NCBI RefSeq assembly: GCF_000008465.1
Contig: NC_006512.1
Location: 780,001 to 812,000, forward strand
DNA from: Idiomarina loihiensis L2TR
Lineage (GTDB): Bacteria; Pseudomonadota; Gammaproteobacteria; Enterobacterales; Alteromonadaceae
DNA length: 32,000 nucleotides
Direction of reading: 5' to 3'
Part shown: positions 26,826-32,000 of the stretch, in pieces
How the letters are laid out: the number at the start of each line of letters is the position of its first letter
Position numbering within the stretch: position 1 is the stretch's first letter
Made by a program: the position numbers and the translations under genes
Notes under the pieces: generated by a model
The model's input: only the letters and a program-made list of their open reading frames with translations
The model's database searches: none
Told to the model about the DNA's origin: nothing

Positions 26826-27743
26826 CTAGCGAGATTTGGGTAAGTAATGCCTCGGATTGACCGACTTACCACGGAAACGAACTTCAAAATGCAATTTCAC
26901 CCGAGAACTACCGGAGTCTCCCATACGTCCGATAGTCTCACCTACGTCCACCCATTCTTTTTCCTTCACCAGAATGTCTTCGTTGTGAGCATAGGCAGTA
27001 ATAAAATCATCGTTATGTTTCAAAATGATTAAATTACCAAACCCGTGTAATGCGCTTCCGACATAAACCACTTTCCCTGCCGCCGCAGCGTTAACTGAAT
27101 CTCCCCTGCTACCGGCAAAGTCTATTCCTTTATTGCCTTGTTCACGCAACGAGAAATCGGCTATTACTTTCCCCGATGAAGGCCAACGCCAAACAATATT
27201 ATTATTGCTCGGTAGCACCACTTCAGGCCGCTCAATTCGCTGTCTCGGTTGGCTATTGCTACCCTTATCGGTTTGTTTTGCAACCATTTTTCTTGTGCTT
27301 GTTTTTTGACCATACCCTTTCTGTTTCTTATTAGCAACGGGCGTTTTTATATTATTTTGTGCGTTATCAGAGGCTTTTTTATTCTGTTTAGCACTAGCTG
27401 TTCGCTGCGCCTTTCTGGCTGTGGTGGCGCCCCGTTGCGGCGCGCTTTCCAGACTCAATTTTTGTCCCGGATAAATAGTGTAAGGTTTTTGTAAATTATT
27501 GATTTGGGCAATATCCTGGACATCCAGGTTAGCCCGAAAAGCTATTGAATAGAGTGTTTCTCCGGGCTGAACTTCATACTCTTTTTCGTTAATGGAGTTG
27601 GCTTCAAAATCGAGGTAAGTTTTACCAGTATAAAGCTCTTCGACTGGAGCAGGTGCCGACCGACCACTACAAGCCTGCAGTAGAGTTATGGCAAACACCA
27701 ATAATACAGATTGCTTAATTGCCCCGGACGATACCAACATCAT
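26826..27743 (-). CDS. nlpD: Murein hydrolase activator lipoprotein NlpD (LysM + degenerate LytM/M23 domain)
   Basis: 305 aa with the lipobox LLQAC and a LysM domain (YEVQPGETLYSIAFRANLDV...YPGQKLSL). A K/Q-rich linker follows. The M23 domain has degenerate metal ligands (NKGIDF and KLHFEV), as in E. coli NlpD. Confidence 0.93.
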   Translation of the reverse strand: MMLVSSGAIKQSVLLVFAITLLQACSGRSAPAPVEELYTGKTYLDFEANSINEKEYEVQPGETLYSIAFRANLDVQDIAQINNLQKPYTIYPGQKLSLESAPQRGATTARKAQRTASAKQNKKASDNAQNNIKTPVANKKQKGYGQKTSTRKMVAKQTDKGSNSQPRQRIERPEVVLPSNNNIVWRWPSSGKVIADFSLREQGNKGIDFAGSRGDSVNAAAAGKVVYVGSALHGFGNLIILKHNDDFITAYAHNEDILVKEKEWVDVGETIGRMGDSGSSRVKLHFEVRFRGKSVNPRHYLPKSR

Positions 27744-28328
27744 TTATACCAACTGCGCTATTACGTACCCAATAATAACCAGTATTACCAGTGTCCAGCC
27801 AATGCGGTCAACATATTCACGGAGTTTTACGCCCATTTCCGGACCACCAGTACGTAATAACCAGGCCACCAGATAAAAGCGCATGCCGCGACTAATAGCC
27901 GATGCAATAACAAAAGGAAAAAACGCTATCTGCATAACACCGGCAGTTACCGTAAATAATTTATAAGGAATGGGAGAAAAGCCTGCAATAAACACTATCC
28001 AGACGCCCCAGTCCGCAAACCAACCCTGAACAGTAACTAGCTTCGACTCGTAGCCAAGTGCCTCAACCGCTGGCAGAACTAATGATTCATAAGCCCAATA
28101 GCCCAGAAAGTAGCCTAAAATTCCGCCTGCTACTGAGGCAACTGTCGTCAGAAACGCTAATCGCCAAGCTCTTTTAGGCTGAGTCATTGCCATTGGCGCC
28201 AGCATGACATCGGGTGGAATAGGAAATATCACCGATTCCGCAAAACTCAACAGACCAAGAATAATGTCTGCTCTGGGATGCTGAGTCCAGGATAATACTT
28301 TATCGTACAGTGCGGAGAACAGCTTCAA
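27744..28328 (-). CDS. yqaA: YqaA-family (DedA/SNARE-associated-type) integral membrane protein
   Basis: 194 aa with the motif FAESVIFPIPPDVMLAPM and 4-5 predicted TM helices. Its TTG start overlaps the pcm TGA (TTGA at 28325-28328). Its TAA abuts the nlpD ATG directly. The family assignment rests on my memory of that motif. Confidence 0.7.
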   Translation of the reverse strand: MKLFSALYDKVLSWTQHPRADIILGLLSFAESVIFPIPPDVMLAPMAMTQPKRAWRLAFLTTVASVAGGILGYFLGYWAYESLVLPAVEALGYESKLVTVQGWFADWGVWIVFIAGFSPIPYKLFTVTAGVMQIAFFPFVIASAISRGMRFYLVAWLLRTGGPEMGVKLREYVDRIGWTLVILVIIGYVIAQLV

Positions 28329-28969
28329 ACGACATCTCCCTTAACTAAAGGCACGAAACGCACATCACCAATACGCTGTTGCTCCAGCGAATCACCAAAG
28401 CGACGCATAACGACAAGGCTCTGCGATTGGTGCTGCTCGCCGACCGGAATAATCATCACGCCGCCGTCGGCAAGCTGATCGACTAAATCCTGAGGTATGT
28501 CGCTGGCCGCGGCGGTAACAATAATGCCGTCGAACGGACCTTTGCTGCGCCAGCCCTTCCAGCCATCACCATGACGCATAGCAACATTATGTAAATCCAG
28601 CTGACGCATGCGGCGCTTGGCCTGATACTGCAACGTAGCAATGCGCTCAACACTAAAGACTTTATCAACCAACTGAGCCAGAACCGCCGTCTGATAGCCT
28701 GAGCCGGTGCCTATCTCCAGCACATTTTTACAATGATGCTGCATTAATAACTGCGTCATTGTTGCCACCATTAATGGCTGCGAAATTGTCTGCCCATTAC
28801 CAATGGGCAGCGCCGTATTTTCATAGGCTTTGTGAGCTAACGACTCGGGCATAAACAGATGTCTTGGGGTTTCAGATATCACCCGTAAAACCTCTTTGTT
28901 GGTAATACCGAGAGCCTCTAATTGTTGAATCAGTCGCTTAACCCGCGACTGCCCATTACTAATCATCAT
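28325..28969 (-). CDS. pcm: Protein-L-isoaspartate O-methyltransferase
   Basis: 214 aa with the substrate motif QTISQP and the SAM motif VLEIGTGSGYQTA. It is in the conserved position after surE. Confidence 0.95.
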   Translation of the reverse strand: MMISNGQSRVKRLIQQLEALGITNKEVLRVISETPRHLFMPESLAHKAYENTALPIGNGQTISQPLMVATMTQLLMQHHCKNVLEIGTGSGYQTAVLAQLVDKVFSVERIATLQYQAKRRMRQLDLHNVAMRHGDGWKGWRSKGPFDGIIVTAAASDIPQDLVDQLADGGVMIIPVGEQHQSQSLVVMRRFGDSLEQQRIGDVRFVPLVKGDVV

Positions 28970-29718
28970 TTTTGTTGTTCTAACCAGTCTGTCAGTGTAT
29001 CGGTGTGGCGTTGAGCCGTCATATCCAGGCTTAACGGTGTAATTGAGATATAACCTTCATGAATCGCGGTAAAGTCGGTATTAGGCTCATCACTTGCATG
29101 ATGCCCAATGGGTCCATACCAAAAGATTTCGCTGCCAAAAGGGTCACGGTCGTGAACCATAGTCTCTGCGCGATGCCGACGTCCCAATTTAGTCACCCGG
29201 GTACCTTTTAACTTATCGTAGGTCGTGTAAGGCACATTGATATTCAGTACAGTATCAAGCCGCAGCGGATCGTTTTCCATATTTGCGACAATTTCTGCCA
29301 CGACCCGCCCGGCGGTATCATAGTAGTCGTGTCCACGACCACCCATCGATACTGCAATGGCAGGCAGTCCCATAAAGCGCCCTTCCATCGCGGCCGCCAC
29401 CGTGCCTGAGTACAACACATCGTCACCCATATTAGGGCTGTCATTAATACCCGACACGACTAAATCTACGTCTTCAGCCATCGGCGAGTTAGTGCCTAAA
29501 TGAACACAGTCTGTGGGCGTACCATTAACAGAATAGAAACCATTATCCAGCCGACGCACCCGCAAAGGATTATGTAAGGTTAACGAATTACTGGCACCAC
29601 TGCAGTTACGGTCCGGAGCTATCACTCGTACATCTGCCACTTCTTTTAAAGCCTGGTACAACGCGAGAATACCCGGCGCATGCACGCCGTCATCATTACT
29701 TAATAAAATTTTCATCAT
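28966..29718 (-). CDS. surE: 5'/3'-nucleotidase SurE
   Basis: 250 aa with the N-terminus MMKILLSNDDGVHAPGI and the motif SGINDSPNMGDDVLYSGTVAAAMEG. Confidence 0.95.
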   Translation of the reverse strand: MMKILLSNDDGVHAPGILALYQALKEVADVRVIAPDRNCSGASNSLTLHNPLRVRRLDNGFYSVNGTPTDCVHLGTNSPMAEDVDLVVSGINDSPNMGDDVLYSGTVAAAMEGRFMGLPAIAVSMGGRGHDYYDTAGRVVAEIVANMENDPLRLDTVLNINVPYTTYDKLKGTRVTKLGRRHRAETMVHDRDPFGSEIFWYGPIGHHASDEPNTDFTAIHEGYISITPLSLDMTAQRHTDTLTDWLEQQK

Positions 29719-30767
29719 CTGGATTCACCACTTAAGTCGACAATTTCATTCAATACGGTTGTTGCATAAGCACCGGACGGAAGCGTAAAGCGAAGCTCTG
29801 CGTCCTTGCCCTGCCAACTAATTTCGGGGTTTTCTACGCGCAACAGAATAGTCCGGCGAGCCGCCTCTACGCGCAGCTTTCTGAGCGCCTGTAACCAACT
29901 ATCGAACGGTTGTAATAAACTTTGTTCAAAGGCGTCGGCTTCCCCTTTCACTAAGGGTTTATTTGTGCTTCCTGCTAGAGGTGCCGTTAAGTAAATATTG
30001 TTATTTGCCAGCCGCTGTTTAAGTTCGTCGTCCCATTGCTCTACGGTAAAAACCGACTGCGAGCCTTCCAGCATGACACAATCACCAGTCAAAGTTCCTT
30101 CTATACCAAACTGACGTATTCGCTCAGCTACTATCTCGTTGAATAAATAGCTGCGCAGTGCAGACAAATAGAGGCTTCGCTTGCTGCGGCTGATACGCGG
30201 GGGGCGGCTCGCCATAAGCCAGCGCTCAGCTTGTGCAACGTTATCTCCGCTGCGGCCAAAGCGCTGTTCGCCAAAATAATTTATTACGCCCTGCTCACTC
30301 ACACCTTGCCAGAGGTTTTCAAGTGCCTCGCGGGAGCTGACATTAGCTAACCTGATAACGAAGCGGTTCGCACGGTGAAACCCCGTCTTTAATTTCTTGG
30401 TTCTGCGTATTATTCGCTCAACCGACATTTCTTCATCGTTTAACTCATTCCAGTTAAGCGTTTCTTTGCCGGGTAGTTGAATGGAAAACCATTGCCAGGT
30501 CACTGCCTGGCGATCTTTTAATCCGGAATAACTGACATTTCTTTCTGATACTCCGGCAAACCGGGCTATTTTTTCTGCACAAAAATTTGTATTAGCCCCG
30601 GTTTTTCTAACCCAAAGCCACTGGTGCTCACCTTCACCGTCATCAATAACATCCAACTGCTCAATAACCTGAAAATCTTCCGGCGTCTGTTTAAATTCGG
30701 CCTGCGGTCTGTCGCCTTTATGTAAACGCGGTAAATCAGCCAAAGACACTTGTGAGGGTGCCAACAT
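29715..30767 (-). CDS. truD: tRNA pseudouridine(13) synthase TruD
   Basis: 350 aa with TruD-family blocks (FKQTPEDFQVIE, YSGLKDRQAVT with the catalytic Asp, and NYFGEQRFG). Confidence 0.93.
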   Translation of the reverse strand: MLAPSQVSLADLPRLHKGDRPQAEFKQTPEDFQVIEQLDVIDDGEGEHQWLWVRKTGANTNFCAEKIARFAGVSERNVSYSGLKDRQAVTWQWFSIQLPGKETLNWNELNDEEMSVERIIRRTKKLKTGFHRANRFVIRLANVSSREALENLWQGVSEQGVINYFGEQRFGRSGDNVAQAERWLMASRPPRISRSKRSLYLSALRSYLFNEIVAERIRQFGIEGTLTGDCVMLEGSQSVFTVEQWDDELKQRLANNNIYLTAPLAGSTNKPLVKGEADAFEQSLLQPFDSWLQALRKLRVEAARRTILLRVENPEISWQGKDAELRFTLPSGAYATTVLNEIVDLSGESR

Positions 30768-31246
30768 TAAAATGACTCCATCAGAACCACAGCATGACAG
30801 GCAATACCCTCTTCACGCCCCACAAAGCCTAATTTTTCTGTCGTTGTCGCTTTAACATTCACATTGTCGATGCAGGTTTTTAAACACTGGGCAATGCTGG
30901 ACCGCATATCGTCAATATGTGGTGCCATTTTCGGAGCCTGAGCTACAATGGTTACGTCAATGTTACCCGTCTTAAACTCTTTTTCCTGACATAGACTTAC
31001 GGCATGACTCAGCAATTCGGCACTATCCGCCCCGGCATAGCGTTCATCGGTATCAGGAAAGTGCTGGCCAATATCACCTAACGCTAAAGCGCCTAATACC
31101 GCGTCGGTGACAGCATGCAGAACAACATCTCCGTCGGAATGAGCGACAAGTCCCTGATGATGCTCAATTTCAACACCACCTAAAATCAAAGGCTTATCAG
31201 AGCCCCAACGATGAACGTCATAACCATGACCAACACGGATTTTCAT
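30767..31246 (-). CDS. ispF: 2-C-methyl-D-erythritol 2,4-cyclodiphosphate synthase
   Basis: 159 aa with [13 protein letters not shown] and [10 protein letters not shown] zinc-ligand motifs. There is a TAATG 1-nt overlap with truD. Confidence 0.96.
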   Translation of the reverse strand: MKIRVGHGYDVHRWGSDKPLILGGVEIEHHQGLVAHSDGDVVLHAVTDAVLGALALGDIGQHFPDTDERYAGADSAELLSHAVSLCQEKEFKTGNIDVTIVAQAPKMAPHIDDMRSSIAQCLKTCIDNVNVKATTTEKLGFVGREEGIACHAVVLMESF

Positions 31247-31260
31247 GAACGATGCCCTCT

Positions 31261-31974
31261 TTAATTTTTATGATCATTATTGTCCGCTAATAACCAGTCG
31301 CGAACACATTCAAAATCTTCCGGGTGAGTCACTTTTAAGTTGCGGATAGAGCCAGGAATAAGCGCCGGCTGGAAACCACACCACTGCATAGCAGAAGCTT
31401 CATCAGTTAACTGAGGGTTTAATGCCCCCATATGCTCTATGGCTTGTTGTAAACGCTCTGCATTAAAAACTTGTGGTGTCTGCGCCTGCCACAAGGCCTC
31501 CCGATCAACACTGGATTCTATATGGGTAACACCGGTTTCATCATTGACAGAGATAACAGCGCGTTTTAAGGAATCTCTTACCGGAATGGCAAGAATTGCG
31601 CCTTGAGGGTCCTTTAATCCGGTATTAATGACCGCTGTTAATGCCTTTTTTGGTAGGCATGGACGTGCTGCGTCATGTACCAGCACATGGGTAGCCCCTT
31701 GCGAAACAGCAACTTTAACTCCAGCCAATACGGATTCAGCGCGGCTGTTGCCGCCTGTCACAAAATGAACCTTTGTTGGCAGGCTCTTTTTAAGTTCAAT
31801 AAGGTATTCAGCATTAGAGTCAGAAACCGCAACGAAAACCTGTTCAACCCGCGCATCCTTTAATACGGCTTCGATGCTGTACTCCAGCAAAGTCCGGTTA
31901 GCGACCATCAGAAACTGCTTAGGGATGTTAGCCTGCATCCGGCTTCCGCTGCCAGCCGCAGGGATCACAGCCAT
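31261..31974 (-). CDS. ispD: 2-C-methyl-D-erythritol 4-phosphate cytidylyltransferase
   Basis: 237 aa with the N-terminus [13 protein letters not shown] and the motif [10 protein letters not shown]. It lies 14 nt upstream of ispF. Confidence 0.95.
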   Translation of the reverse strand: MAVIPAAGSGSRMQANIPKQFLMVANRTLLEYSIEAVLKDARVEQVFVAVSDSNAEYLIELKKSLPTKVHFVTGGNSRAESVLAGVKVAVSQGATHVLVHDAARPCLPKKALTAVINTGLKDPQGAILAIPVRDSLKRAVISVNDETGVTHIESSVDREALWQAQTPQVFNAERLQQAIEHMGALNPQLTDEASAMQWCGFQPALIPGSIRNLKVTHPEDFECVRDWLLADNNDHKN

Positions 31975-32000
31975 TAACGAATCAATCTGGCTTTGTGCGT
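31974..32000 (-). CDS. Last 8 codons of an upstream ORF, possibly ftsB by synteny
   Basis: The minus strand reads ...THKARLIR-TAA, and the stop overlaps the ispD ATG (TAATG). This is too short to identify. ftsB is suggested only because ftsB-ispD-ispF is the usual gammaproteobacterial order. Confidence 0.3.
   Translation of the reverse strand, partial: THKARLIR

Noticed and set aside
26826-27200. NlpD M23 domain lacking the catalytic His residues (NKGID and KLHFE), which looks like an inactivated peptidase
   Set aside because: This degenerate state is normal for NlpD-type amidase activators, and E. coli NlpD shows the same substitutions.
1-32000. Search for mobile DNA, CRISPR repeats, tRNA/tmRNA, integrases, toxin-antitoxin pairs, or a block of unknown genes that could form a novel system
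   Set aside because: None was found by eye. Every ORF of 110 aa or more outside shadow frames has a confident housekeeping assignment, and intergenic spacers are short (0-190 bp). I did not compute GC or k-mer composition, so subtle compositional islands cannot be excluded.

Overview
This window reads as conserved chromosomal backbone of a marine gammaproteobacterium. An Alteromonadales/Idiomarina-like origin is my inference from protein similarity and gene order only. Every long ORF has a recognisable housekeeping homologue. I found no tRNA/rRNA, IS element, integrase, CRISPR array, phage gene or toxin-antitoxin-like pair.

Left half (1-17.1 kb):
- Minus strand: hppD (truncated) <- tyrR <- phhB <- phhA <- methionine-gamma-lyase-like <- ycjF <- ycjX <- pspC <- pspB <- pspA.
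- Divergent from that block: pspF -> sapABCDF -> putP.
- From memory, this is a compact version of the E. coli sap/psp/ycjXF/tyrR neighbourhood.

Right half:
- ggt, then rssA (patatin) divergent from a dGTPase-like gene, then recA <- pncC divergent from mutS.
- mutS is convergent with the tightly packed chain rpoS <- nlpD <- yqaA-like <- pcm <- surE <- truD <- ispF <- ispD <- (ftsB tail).

Regulatory signals readable by eye:
- a canonical LexA box and an E. coli-like promoter at recA;
- a sigma54-type -24/-12 element upstream of pspA;
- TyrR-box-like palindromes upstream of hppD, tyrR and the mgl-phhAB block;
- five clear rho-independent terminators, three of them bidirectional between convergent genes.

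I do not see a convincing new multi-gene system here. The least understood content is the psp-coupled ycjX/ycjF pair and the YqaA-type membrane protein inserted in the rpoS operon. The other findings are small cis-RNA structures and organisational oddities, and I have scored them modestly.
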